The notes under the pieces were generated by a model that made no database searches, was not told where the DNA came from, and saw nothing but the letters and a program-made list of their open reading frames with translations. This document shows, piece by piece, positions 24,732 through 42,275 of a stretch of 64,000 bases of DNA. The stretch is from the human T2T-CHM13v2.0 reference genome, Homo sapiens. Location: NCBI RefSeq assembly GCF_009914755.1, contig NC_060925.1; one strand, written 5' to 3'. The position numbers were made by a program, and so were the translations under genes. The number at the start of each line of letters is the position of its first letter. Position 1 is the first letter of the stretch.

Positions 24732-25236
24732 AAAACATGCAGTAGTGGGTGTTATGATAAAGAGCTGTTAAGAGAAAATAAAGTTAGTTTGATTCAGGTT
24801 GGTCTTGGTCTATCTGTGTTTCTTTTTTATTTGCTAAGGGCTTACAAGTTGTTTAATAATCCTTTCTAGGCTTTTATGTGCAGTTGATAGCACTTAACTG
24901 ACCTAAAGCTTAAAATCTAATTGTTTCCTATTTTGGGAACAATTTTATTTCCAGGCTTATATTCTCCATAGATTTTCTCAGATCACCAAGAGTAAGCCTG
25001 CAGTTATATTCACAAATTCTTTCAAAATCTTAAGACCAAGGACTTAAAACTCATTTATCAATCATTTGGCATTCTCTTATCACTACCAATTTGAGTTGAG
25101 CTTCAGTTTAGCCTTAATGATGATTGTTATGCCTCTTCCAGTTTGAGGAACAAAGTCCTAACTCAGTGCAAAAGTTGAGGTCATGAGTGAATGGGCCCAG
25201 CCTTAATGCATGAATATATGGCCTTGTATTACTTAC

Positions 25237-25433
25237 CAGTCTGTCCATGTTGTCCGTCTCTTTGTCTACCACCAACAGTGAAGTCTGATCTCCACCCTTT
25301 CTAATCATTTCTACCACACTGTCATGATCCAGGGTTTCCACAGACTCGCCGTTGACAGCAACTACCAGATCATTGTTCTTCAAGCCAGCCTCCTCTGCTG
25401 GACTTCCAGAATCTATGTCCTTGATGATTTGAC
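25237..25433 (-). CDS. PDZK1: PDZK1 exon 6 (197 nt; PDZ3)
   Basis: [22 protein letters not shown]...[10 protein letters not shown]; TAG|GTC acceptor; CTG|GTAAGT donor. Confidence 0.95.
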
Positions 25434-27699
25434 CTACCCTCCCCCAACCCCAAAAAATAAAATTATCAGTAAGTCCCCTAAAAAAATAAAACAGATTTTC
25501 TGCTGGAGCCCAAAGCCCTGATGAAATAGATAAAAAAGGCATGCTGAGTACAACTACCACCCCTTCCACCAGCATCCCAGGAAGCTTATAAGCACACTAT
25601 CTAGGCTCGTTTCCTGCTCAGAACTCACCCCAGAAACTAACCCAGCAATTAACAATGAAGGGGTCTTAACGAAAATAATCCTGTTACTAAAAGCATCTGA
25701 CATTTGATTTTGGCAAAATAGCATATTAAAAGGCTGCAAGTTCCCAGAAAGTCAGTGGGCATACTTGTAGCCACGCGTCTTATGTAAAAGCTGTCATAAA
25801 AGATGGGGAAGAATAAAGAACAAAACCCAAAACTTTGGACCTTAAGAAACCCAGGCTGGCATTTTAGTAGCAATTGGGTGTGTTCGGTTTTGAATATATT
25901 TGTATATACATGCCTCCATGTGCTTTGGCCTTCTGGTATCTTCACCAGATGCTGCCTTTTTTTTTTTTTTTAACAAGTTCCTGTTTCACTTTTCCAGCTA
26001 GCTGCTGGGTATCTCCAACAAAATATCTCATAGATCTCTCAACTGTAATGTATTCAAGCCAAAAATCAGCTCTGCCCATTCTCCATCCCAAAGCCCCTCC
26101 TCTTGGTTACCTGTTAGTGGAGCAACATCATCCCAGTCACCAACACTTGGCAACTGATTCTTCCCCAGCATCCAGTCCCCATATCTAGACGATTGCTAAG
26201 TCCTCTGATGCTACCATAATACCTTACACATCCCACTTCCTCTACCCTGAATGCAGTTTGTATTAGTTCCTGCCTAGAATTCTACCTAAACTATTACAGC
26301 ACCTTACCTACTGCTTTCCCTTCCCCAGTCCTTCTGTCTGATACAGATCTGCCTTCAGATCCATCTTGGTGCACATTCCTAACCAAGTCACTTCCTGGTG
26401 CAACAGAATGAGCATGGGCTTTGGAACTAAACAACTATTTGACCTTACATAATTACTGTATCTTCTCCAAGCCCTCAATTTCAGCAGTTCTTCTTGCATA
26501 ATTGTTAGGAGTAATTGAGATGTGCAAAGCCCCCAAGACATTATAGGCTGGTTTTTGTTCTTCTCCCTTATACTGCTCAAAAAACAACTCCCCATTGTCT
26601 GATAAGCCAAGTTCAAACTCATCAGTCTTGCATAGAAGTCCCCTTGTCACCTCTCTCCAACCTACCTTTCCAACGAATTCTTGTACTACACATCATGTGC
26701 CAATTAAACTGTGCCAGTGTCTCCTGACTGTGTTCACATGATTCCCACCTTCCTGGAATGATCTTCCTTATCCCAGCTCTGTCTACTTTCCCAAATCTAT
26801 TCATGTTACAAAGCCTGAACTCAAGTGCCACCCCTACTATGAGGGCTTCTGGTACCTTTTTAGTGAGAAAAGCTTACTCTAACGTTGAATTATCACAGTG
26901 CTTGATCTGCCCCTGTATGAAGGTACTTAACCTCTATCTCCCTTCATTATGGACATATCTCTTATCTACTAAATGGTAGACTCCTTCACTAAAGAATTCC
27001 TGTCTGCTTCATATGATATTCTTTCTCCAAGGCACTGAGGATGTTTTTACAAAACACAAACCAAATTAATATTTGATAAATTAATGTAAACAGAGAGTGA
27101 AAAGAAAATAACAACTTATGGGCGAATAGCAGTTTATACGGCCCGAACTCATGTTCTTTTATGTATTTACCTTCCCTGAAAGAACCTAGTGTTCTTCCTA
27201 TTGAGTTGCAAGGAAGGAGGACTCCTGGTTCTGAGTCCCAAATCCTCACCCACACCTCGGCCTCAGGTCCAGCGGTGTGCTATACTGGCTCACACCGGCT
27301 CACAAAAGCCAATTCTGTGCAACACTTCATTGTGTTCAGTGACATCGTGTTAGTAAGTTGAAACTGGACATGGGAGGAGTATTTACATCACAAAATACTA
27401 CCAATTTGGTACCAAAAACAAACGCTACCAATTTGGATTTCCCCCCACCCCCGCCCCAGAGAGCTAACTTACCAGGATACCGTTGCCCAGATCCCAAATT
27501 CTGCCTTATCATAATGCTATGGAAACTTTTGATGCCCAACATCAGACCCTCATGTGACATAGACGCTGACCCAGCTGTGCCTTCTATGCTATGCCGCTCA
27601 TGCATCTGGCTGGGAGTTGGGAACCTAATGGAACTCTGGAGTCAGAATGGGATGAGGAATTTGCTGGTTACTGCCAAGTTTCCTGCTCTTGTACCTTAC

Positions 27700-27895
27700 C
27701 TTTCTGTTCTGAGCCTGCCCTCAGATAGAAACCATAGCCATTGCTTCCTTTCTTCATCTCCACAATTCGGGGCTGGTGGGGTAACAGTTTCAAACTGGCT
27801 GTTTCTCTTTTGAATTGTATCTTCTGCTCAACATGACGCTTGTCAGTTTCTTTGTCCACCAGCAGGAACATGACACGGCTTCCTGACTTCTTCAC
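27700..27895 (-). CDS. PDZK1: PDZK1 exon 5 (196 nt; end of PDZ2, start of PDZ3)
   Basis: [17 protein letters not shown]...[15 protein letters not shown]; CAG|GTG acceptor; AAG|GTAAGG donor. Confidence 0.97.
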
Positions 27896-28005
27896 CTGTA
27901 ACAACACACACAGATGAGGAATGACATCAACCCCCAAGAACAATGCTGGGGAATAAGAAAGTTTCTGTATAAAGGCACACAGTCTCTAGGTTCAACAAAA
28001 GATAG

Positions 28006-28375
<370 letters not shown>

Positions 28376-28679
28376 CCTATCTCCACTTCTATAGTTGTTT
28401 TCCCTTATTTAAGTATGACCTACCCACATAGGTGCTAACTGAGCCCAAGTAGGAGCTGGAATTCAGAAAACCCATAAAGGTACCTAGATAAAAGCTAGAA
28501 AGGGAGTTTGGAAAAGAAAAGAAAGTAAGGGTCCACGTCAAAAAATCATTCTACAAAGAGAAGGTTGGTCAATTTTTAAGGTTCCATATGACCTCAAAGG
28601 AAAATCTCGGTTATCTCCCACTTCCTATTAAAGCATTTCAGTATTAACGGCTCAACAGTGAACTTATTGTAAATTCAGA

Positions 28680-28794
28680 GGGCGCAGTGGCACACGCCCA
28701 TAATCCCAGCACTTTGGGAGGCCAAGGCGGGCAGATCACTTGAGCTCAGGAGTTCAAGACCAGCCTGGCCAACATAGTGAGACCCTATCTCTAC

Positions 28795-28842
<48 letters not shown>

Positions 28843-29003
28843 AAAATTAGCCAGGTGCGGTGGTGCACACCTGTAGTCCCAGCTACTCAGGAAGCTGAGG
28901 TAGAAGAATCATCTGAGCCCAGGAGGCCGAGACTGCAATGAGCCGAGATTGTGCCACTACACTCCAGCCTGGGTAACAGAGTGAGACCCTGTCTCAATCA
29001 AAC
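28680..29003 (+). mobile_element. AluJ containing a (CA)~21 microsatellite (~28798-28840)
   Basis: Alu dimer with a CA run in the linker; TTCAGAGG flanks. Confidence 0.88.
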
Positions 29004-29287
29004 AGTTCAGAGGGGGCTCCCAATCAGATACAAACAAGATCCAAAAGGTAAAGTTAATAATTTTGTAGACCTCATGTGAAACTAGGGAAGGCTTTATTCC
29101 AAAACCCTATATTAACACTGCTTATACCACTAGTGTGAGTCTGTTCACCCTTAATATGAAGGGGCAACTCAACTGGATATTTTTTCCATCATAAACTCAT
29201 GCTGTCCCCTACCACCCCTGTCTTCCTGTCACCTCCAATGAGAATAGAGTGGAAGATAGGGTAAGAAAAGTACCCTTTGGGGCATAC

Positions 29288-29424
29288 CTTTTCAACCACT
29301 TCCTCATGGCTGGCATCCTCTACATTCTCTCCATTCACTTCAATCAAGTGATCATCAGCCAGAACTCCAGCTCTCATAGCCACACCTTGAGGTGTAATAT
29401 CAGTCATGTACACCCCCTTTTTAC
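29288..29424 (-). CDS. PDZK1: PDZK1 exon 4 (137 nt; PDZ2)
   Basis: [46 protein letters not shown]; CAG|GT acceptor; AAG|GTATGC donor. Confidence 0.97.
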
Positions 29425-29450
29425 CTGGAAGAGAGTAGGGGTAAACTCCA

Positions 29451-29883
29451 TGTGGAGACACAAGTGACTCCCTCTTGGATGGTAATCTGTGATGTTGACT
29501 TCTGATTAGCCCCAGTCCTGTGATTGCCTCCCGATTTCTACTTCATTTACTGTCCCTAGTCTAAGAACATGTCAACCTTAATGTTATCACGCAAATTATA
29601 GGCTATGATGCACTATAGCATTCTTGGCTATTGCGGAGGGCTGCCTTCGATTGTCTTGCTGGAGCACATATACCCTTTCCCTATGGTATATCAGCCTTGG
29701 GTCTGGGGAGTAACACAGAGATCTACATGTTTTGTGGCTGTCCAAGACCATGCTTCTGTTCGTAAGTTCCCCTGATAAATTCCAATGTACCAACAAACTG
29801 GATTTGCCTGCCTTGTCCTTTGGTTTCTCAGCTCCTTTGGCCTTTGAGGGACTGCTTTGCATACACCACCCTTTCACAGAACA
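29451..29883 (+). mobile_element. ERV1-class solo LTR (LTR54/LTR56-like)
   Basis: TG...CA termini; 5-bp TSD CTCCA at 29446-29450 and 29884-29888; TATA-like GGTATATCAG and poly-A-like GATAAA. Confidence 0.8.
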
Positions 29884-30384
29884 CTCCATTGCAAAGAAAA
29901 ACTCGAAATCCAATGGTAAAGACTTTTCTCCCAATAATGTGAAACAAACTTCCGATTTTAGAGCTAACTCGGCCTTTGGCTTCTGATCTAAAATCACAGT
30001 TATAGGTCCTGGCACTGAACTTGACACAGCCTTTACTCAGTGGGTATTTGTTGATTTGAATAGAATTTCTGAGGTCAGCTAAATGCAAAGATGGAATCTT
30101 GGGTGGCCTTGGCCCCTTGAACCAGAAAGCGCTAAAACATGCCCACACTGCATTATTGTGTCATACGCCCTTTCTTTGCATTTGTAGAATCAGAAAGCAT
30201 CTTTACCATTCTCTCCTCTTCAGTTTGTACTATTATATTAGCCATCGTATGCTGTGGAGTCATCTCACCAATGTAGGCTAACAAGGACAGGCACAGGAGG
30301 GAGGGAAGAACCCGAATGCATTTAGGTGGTGAGATTTAGGTGCTACTTATAGAAATGCTGTCAATTCTTCAAAGATATTAATAG

Positions 30385-32024
<1,640 letters not shown>

Positions 32025-33169
32025 TGTCAACCTAGGCAAGGGATCGCTTGCTAATGACTACATAAATCACTTGTAAGGAATGACAATAACTTAAACTCTG
32101 CTTCCTTAAACACTCAGCATTTCTCCTGCTACCTTGTTATATATTTGTCATGAAGAGACCATTTTCCTCATAAAGCTAACCTAAACCATTCACCATGTGC
32201 ATTAGCACATGAGCCAGATGAGTAGAATCTGAATTATGATTTTCTTTTTTTTACCACTTTACTGATAATAGGCTTCTAAGACGTGCCAAGCTTCCTTTGA
32301 CTATACACACCACTGTGTTTAATAACTGACAGACCTGAGAAATACCCCTTATCGTGAGTTTACATCTCTTGGTACAGGTTAAATAAGCCTTAGAAACTAT
32401 TTTAAATTTACCACTGGTCTGCTGCTGTATCACTTGCCAAATCATGACCTACCACCAGTGCTTCTCCAGCCCCAGAAAGAACATAGGCAGAGGCAGTGTT
32501 CAAGAAGGAATTGACCAGCTAACACAGCTCCTCTGGTTCCAACCAATACCCCAGAGCCACGGTCAACTGAACACAGGTTAGTCTGCACCTCTGAAATTCT
32601 AGAAATAGAACTTCTGGTGCTTCCTGATGGTCAGGGTTTCTCAAATCACTATGTACCTCTTAGCCAGAGCTCAAAGATGCGCCTCAGAACAGGTGGGGCT
32701 GAGCCGCAGCTGAGGGTACTATCAAAATGTTACAGGAGGGTGGAAATTTTTGCGGTATTCTCAGCAAAGGTAACAGTGCCTGGCACATCAGCAGGTGCTC
32801 AAGAATTTGTTGAATAAATGAATGACTATCTGGGCACTCAGATAAAAAAAAGATACCAATCTTACTCAAAAATAGCTATTATGAAGAATCTCATTTTTCT
32901 TGCCTTTTATTCCTTATTCTGCCCTTCATTTTCACCCTAAGAGGGCTAGAAGCATCAACCCTCTGGCCCCCTGACCTCAAAGAGTCCTCAAGTGCCAGCC
33001 TGACAAACACTCAGGGACAGGAGTACCCAGTGCCCCCCACCCCCACTGCTGTCCAGTGTCCCTCCCCCATTGCACAACTGTGCAAGGCAAGGGAAAGGGC
33101 AGGGAGGGAGTGAGAGACGGAGGGAGGCAAGCTGTTGCAAGCTATCTATAGCAACTGAAAAGTCAGTCA

Positions 33170-33514
<345 letters not shown>

Positions 33515-34025
33515 CTAGGAGGGAAGAAGAAAAAGGTAACTTTAATAACCCTCTGCCAACTGCCAGAGGGAAATGCTGACCATCTGGCTCAATATCTGGC
33601 CCTGGAGATGCTGCTAGTTGACCCTTGACACCCAAGTAGAAGCAGGTAGTTCCTCAGCCACCTCCATCCCTGCCCTCCCGAGATCCAGGTGCAGATTAGG
33701 CTGAGCTTCTGGCACTGCTGGAATATAGAGTGTGGTTCAACCCCAGCCCAGAGGGTTCTTACAAGACTGGTCCTTTCTAGAGAGGAGCGCTGCCCTAGAT
33801 TGTAACCATTCCTCCCGTGTGCATGGGGACAGCACAGTGTAAGGAAAAGACCATGCTTTTGGAGTCAGGCAGAATAAGGTAAGGCCAGACTCTCCCATAT
33901 ATCCTCAGCAGGAACATGTTAGCAAGCTAAGATATCTGTACTTAGCTTCCTAATCTGTGAAATTGTAACATATACCTTATGAGGTCATGATGAGGACTTA
34001 ACAAGATAATGAATATAAAATTGCT

Positions 34026-34377
<352 letters not shown>

Positions 34378-34538
34378 TTAGACCTAACGCTATTCAAATC
34401 CAAGAGTAATGTGTACAGTTCTTGGTTCCTCATAGGGGACTTGATTGGCCAACACAAGGTACAGCAATAAAGGTGTCCTGCCTTGCCAGTGGCAGCCAGG
34501 AAAGAACCAAACTCTACCAACCCCCAAAATTATAATCA

Positions 34539-34829
<291 letters not shown>

Positions 34830-35467
34830 TTAATAAAACCATGGAAAAGAGAATCTAATTGGAGTGAGAACCCCATCCTCCATCTCCTATAATTCTGTTC
34901 TTCCAATCACCAAATCTAGACTGCTTGGGTAGTAATGCTGGGGGCACAGGAGGACACCTTCCAGAACTTGCTAATGATTTCCAAATCTGTTTCCCCAAGG
35001 ACAACCTTTTTACTAGAGTTTCAGACCCACGTATTTTTTACTGAGTACTGGACACAGATGCTTCCATTTCAGTATCTCCAACCAAACTCCTCTTTGTCCT
35101 CTGACCTAAAGAAATTAAGTCCAAATACATGACCCAAAAAATTTATGACAAGCCCACTCTCATTCAAACATTTGAAGAGCTTTTCAAGTTCAAGGAATCG
35201 AGGTTAAATCTGTAGACAAGATGGACCCATACCTTGCCTCTTCTATTGGGGAACATTATTACATTCCTATAACCACACGTGGTGAGTGTCATGCTGGGGA
35301 AGAATGCAGTGATAAGGGGGAAAATAACAAAGGGTCTTGGGAATAGGGAGCGGGATGGGAAGAACAAAGAACATTTCCTGAAGGAATGACACTTCCAAGA
35401 ACTGAAGGATTAGTAGAAGCTTGGTGAGGTAGGACAGGACAAGGAAGAGCTTAAACCATTAAAAAAG

Positions 35468-36164
35468 GCAGGCACAGTGGCTCACCCCTGTATTCCCAGC
35501 ACTTTGGGAGGCCGAGGCGGGCAGATCACAAGGTCAGGAGTTTGAGACCAGCCTGGCCAATATGGTGAAACCCCAGCTCTACTAAAATTACAAAAATTAG
35601 CCAGGCGTGGTGGCAGCCACCTGTTGTCCCAGCTATTCGGGAGGCTGAGGCAGGATAATTGCTTTAACCTGGGAGGTGGAGATTGCAGTGAGCCGAGATC
35701 ACACTGCTGCACTCCAGCCTGGGCAATAGAGTGAGACTCTGCCTCAAAAAAAAAGGACACCAGGCCTTAGAGCTGGTCCAATATGTTGGAGATGCACTAG
35801 AAAAGGCTGTTCTGGCCCCTGAAGTCTCTAGCCACAGCAGAAAAGAGATGCTCGATAGAAAAGGGATTCCAGTGGCTAGGTTGGGGCTCTCCCTCCCAGA
35901 CGCTTTGTCACCCAGGCTGCAGTGCAGTGGCGCAATCGCAGCTCACTGCAGCCTCGAATTCCTGGGCTTAGGCGATCCTCCCACCTCAGCCTCCTGAATA
36001 GCTGGAGCTACAGGCACATATCACTATGCCCTGCTAACTAATTTTTTTAGAGACAGTGTCTTGCTTTGTTGCCCAGGCTGGTCTCAAACTCCTGGGCTCA
36101 AGTGATCTTCATGCTTCAGGCTCCCAAAGTGCTGGAATTACAGAATGAGCCCCCATGCCTGGCC
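35468..36164. mobile_element. AluS (+, 35468-35754) and AluJ (-, ~35900-36164)
   Basis: Alu matches in opposite orientations. Confidence 0.85.
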
Positions 36165-39100
36165 TGAAGCAGCTTCTATTTCCATTCATCCTGCCCCTCC
36201 TGTTGCCCCATTGCAGGGGCAAGGTCCTGAGCCATAGGAGGAAGACAGGACAAGTGTAAAACCGACAGCTAGGGCTCCGGCACACAGTTATTATTAAGGG
36301 TAAGACTTCTGCCAGTGCCCCGACACCTGCTGGCTGAAAGCTTTTTCTTTTATAGGAGAATAAGAACAGGGGCCAGAACAGCAAGAGGCTGATACAGAAG
36401 GCAGAAGGCTCACAACAGAGCACTGGAGTCTGCTCTTCACACCACCTGCAAGGCAAGCCCTCAAGTTCCTCTCATCACAGTTCCCTACCTACAAATCAGA
36501 ATAAACCACCTATCCCTTCCCTCCTGGAGGGACAAGAACGGATGACCACACAGGATATGGGGGAGGGTGAAGAATAGGCCACAAAGTGCTCCAGGCACCC
36601 TAGAAGCCATGGCATGGTGATTGAAGATAGCCATCCCTGACCTTCATGCCCACAGAGACGTACAGTACAAATCAGACAGAGAGCCCCCAGCTGCCCAATA
36701 CCAGGCCTCTCCTGCAGTCTCCGCAAAGTCTGAAGCCCCACGCCACCAGTGGCACGAGTGACTAAGTAGCGAAGAAAGAAGCAAACAAATAGACTCCCCA
36801 TCGAGCATTGAGGCAAGAAAACAGCAAAGCCACTCACCAGTGGTCAACACCAGCACCTTGGGAGAGCTAGGCAGCTCTGCCTTATCAAAAGCCATGACCA
36901 GCTGCCAGGAAAACACCACTCTGGGATGAAAGGAGAAAATATGGCATCACCAGAGTTGAGTCACATCCAGGCACCTGTTTGTGGCCCATTCCAGCTCCCT
37001 CACCTTTCACTCCTCTTTCTGCTGATCCCAACCTGCGAGCATCAGTTCAGTTTCAGCTTGAGTTCACATCTATGTCCAAGCTCACCTGTAGATCCCTACA
37101 CCTTTCCATTTCATAGGGCCAAAAGACCCCAAAAGAAAAAAAATCAGAAAAGAAAGACGAGGTCTCAATGTACTTTACTGGGAGGATCAGACAGTAATTA
37201 CATAAATGAATAGGATCATTTCAGATAATGATATTTGCTGTGAAGAAAATAAAACAATGTCAAACAAAACATGCAAAGCCCTCTTAAAGTTGGGAGTAAT
37301 TATTGGAGAACCTCATTCAAATCCTACAAAATTTAAAATATGTCCTTATAATCAGAATAAGGCCAACAGATACTATGTTTTCATCAAGAGATGAGGCTGT
37401 TTGTGATCAGCATATGAATGCTCATTTCTAAGGCACTCACACCCAAGACTCAACAATCTCACGCCCTGCAGTGTCAACCACAAACTCTTAATCTCTTTGT
37501 TTGTAGGCCAAGGATAGAAAGTGAAACCTCCTCACTAGGAGAACCAGCCCTGTGTTTGGAGAGAGGGGAAGAGGCAAAGGTTTTCCTATGTCTCACTGGA
37601 GACCTGTGAGCCTGACATACAAAGAAACACAAATCACTGTTTCTTGGCAGAATCTCAAGTTGACTTTTTTGTTTGAAGTTTTCAAACAGCCAGATGGTAA
37701 TCGCTCAGATCTGCATCTATGGCTTTGAAGGCTCAAGCATTCAAGGTCAGTTTCTTTTTTGTCTGGTTGAAGCCAGAAAATTAGAGCCACTTTATACCAA
37801 TAGTGAAATGCTACCATACTGGTGGGGAAACAGCTACTGCTGCAAGCCCCCAACTGCCTTCTGCCACTGTGTACTCCCCACCACACAGCCATTAATGGAT
37901 TAATGCTATGGCCATCGATCTGCATGTACCCAGGCCAAACTGATTAAATATTTAACGCCCCCAGCTGCACCAATGGGGAAAGCAGACCTAAACCTCAAAA
38001 GCCTGGTCTTACATGGGAACCTAAAACTATTTGTTTCCTTTGCCATCTTGCAGAAAGATGATTCATCTAGGAGCCAAGGGAGCTGGGCTCTGGTCCACCT
38101 CCAGGCCTTGTTCTGTCTAGTCCACATCCTGGTGTTACTCTGTCCCCTAATTCAGAGCTGGGGTATGTCTCTTTCGCAAGACTCTGTCATTGCTCCATGA
38201 CAAGGATGCCTGGGACTCTGGAACACAGGGCCTAATTAGGAAGGATCTTTGTATTTAAGGATACTCTTTCCTACTTCTTTAACCCCACCTCATCTTCTGC
38301 CTCCTGAAAAAATCTAGAGATCAGACCCCTCTGGTGGATAGACACAGAAGAAATGAAGGCCTATGGATTTCTAGAATATCATTAGCAGCAATCATTTGAA
38401 GTTGGAGTCCATTAAATCCAGCAGGCTTTGTTCCCCAGTTCAAACAGCCAAAATACATGGTGGTACACATCTTTAGTCCCAGCTACTCGGGAGGCTTAGT
38501 TGGGAGGATGGCTTGAACCTGGAGGCAGAGAGGTTGCTGTGAGCCGAGATCGCACCACTGCACTCCAGCCTGGGCAACAGAATGAGACCCTGTTTCAAAA
38601 AAAGAAAAAAAAACTGGAGATGAAAGAAAGCTATAACCATTCCTGAGCTCGGGGGGGAAAAATCAATAGTTGACAACAAAGTTGTTTATCTGTGGGAAAG
38701 AGAACAAAGTGTTGGCTGGCAGACAGGAACCGCTCGGGGGTGAGAGCCAATGAGATTTTTTTTTTCACCAATTTTATTGATGAAAAAGCTAATTATACCA
38801 TTAAATTTTGCTTTTTTCCAAAATGATTAGATTATTGCTGCCAGGAAAGAGAATAATGTGGCCGTGGTCAAGAAGAAACATTAAATACCCTTTAGAAGTT
38901 AGGAAGGCTTGGTAATGAAAAGGAGGGTGGTATGACCTCTGGATCTGGCAAAGTAGAAAGAACTAAAGCCACTGGTCTATTTTCCATAGGAAAGAAATAG
39001 CTGGTGGGACCTAGGGGACTTCTTCCCAGCCCAAGGCAGGCCAAGGACTCTCAGGCCCCAGACGGCCATCAACAGGATTGATATATGAGATCCTCAGCAC

Positions 39101-39215
39101 CACCCTCACCAACTCCTCTGCACAGAAAGCTGGAAGTCTGAGCTGGGAGCTGTTCCTGAGTGCTCTTTGTGTAACTCCTATGAGCTTCCAGGTGTTATTT
39201 TGAAAAGGAATTCTG

Positions 39216-39829
<614 letters not shown>

Positions 39830-40274
39830 CTAGAGACCAGACAAAACATGGGCCAGGGGTAAGTAAATTCTTCTTCTGAAGAAGGAAAATAAATGGCAAC
39901 TCCTTGAGGAGTGAAGTCAGCAGAATGACAAGATCTTCCTTCATCTCCTCAGTCCTAGTTGTCCACCCATGCCCAAAGGCTCCAGCTGTCTCATCTGAGT
40001 GAGCAGAAGAATTTAGTTGAAATTGTGTAACTCTGTAGACCGTGTCAGGTGATGCTAGCAATAATAAATCATGTCATTTGAAAACTCTCTATGGCACATT
40101 ATCTCATTTAATGCTCGCAATCACCTTACAAGTTTGATTCTCAATCCTAGCTGCCCCTCAGAATCACCTGTAGAGATTTAGAAAAATCGATGCTTAGGCC
40201 CCACCTCAGGTCTAAAGCAGACCTAAAGACCTAAACCAGATCAAAGGAACTAGAGCTTAAAAATCACCCTAGGT

Positions 40275-40577
<303 letters not shown>

Positions 40578-41404
40578 CTAGGCTGCCTCGACTCCTCCTG
40601 TCTCCCCTCAGCCTCAGGATAACTCCCTCCCTCATGGGTCACAGAGGAATGTTGAGATTGAATGAACTAATCACAGCCACCCTGGGCTCACCTTTATCCA
40701 ACTTGACAGGCCAAGGTGGCAGCCTGATTAGGAGAAGCCCTTGGTCACACCGTGCAGTCCTCGGGATCCTGTGTACCCACAATCAGTGCCCCAGCCAGCA
40801 GGATAGGAGTGTGTCACAACCTGCAATCTGTTCCTTGTGCCTCCCTCCCCAAGTTCTAGTTCTGAGTCGGGGGAGCATAGAACCAAGCAGATAAAACAAC
40901 CTTTCACTGTTCTCATGGACTCTTTATGCTCTTAATTAAGTCTAGGGGATTGCTCCCCACCTCCCAAACCTAAACACCTTAAAAGCTGAGGCCATTCCTC
41001 ATCCTCCTCCAAACCTATGGGCAGAATCCATTCAGGACTGAGGCCCTACCAGTCATCCCGTGAACCCTGGAGGATGAGTGATGGTTGCCAGATTTACTCC
41101 ACAGTTCTTTGCTCCCTACCAATCTCTTCCCTTTCCCAAACAATTAGTTTCTTCAGTTAGCATGCTGGGGCAGGTGAAATCTGTTTGGGATCATGAACAT
41201 AGTTCCTTCTATTTTCCATTTCAGCATCAAGAAGACATACTACCCAAACCTGATTTCATTTGTTCATGCCACAGGCATCTGCCCCTCACTTATATGCAAA
41301 ACACTGTCAAGTGGTTGAAAGGATAAAGTTATACACCACCCCTATTCTCAAGAGCCTTTATAGTTGAATAAAGTTAAGAAAAAGTTTTAGAACAAAAATA
41401 ACTT

Positions 41405-42275
<871 letters not shown>

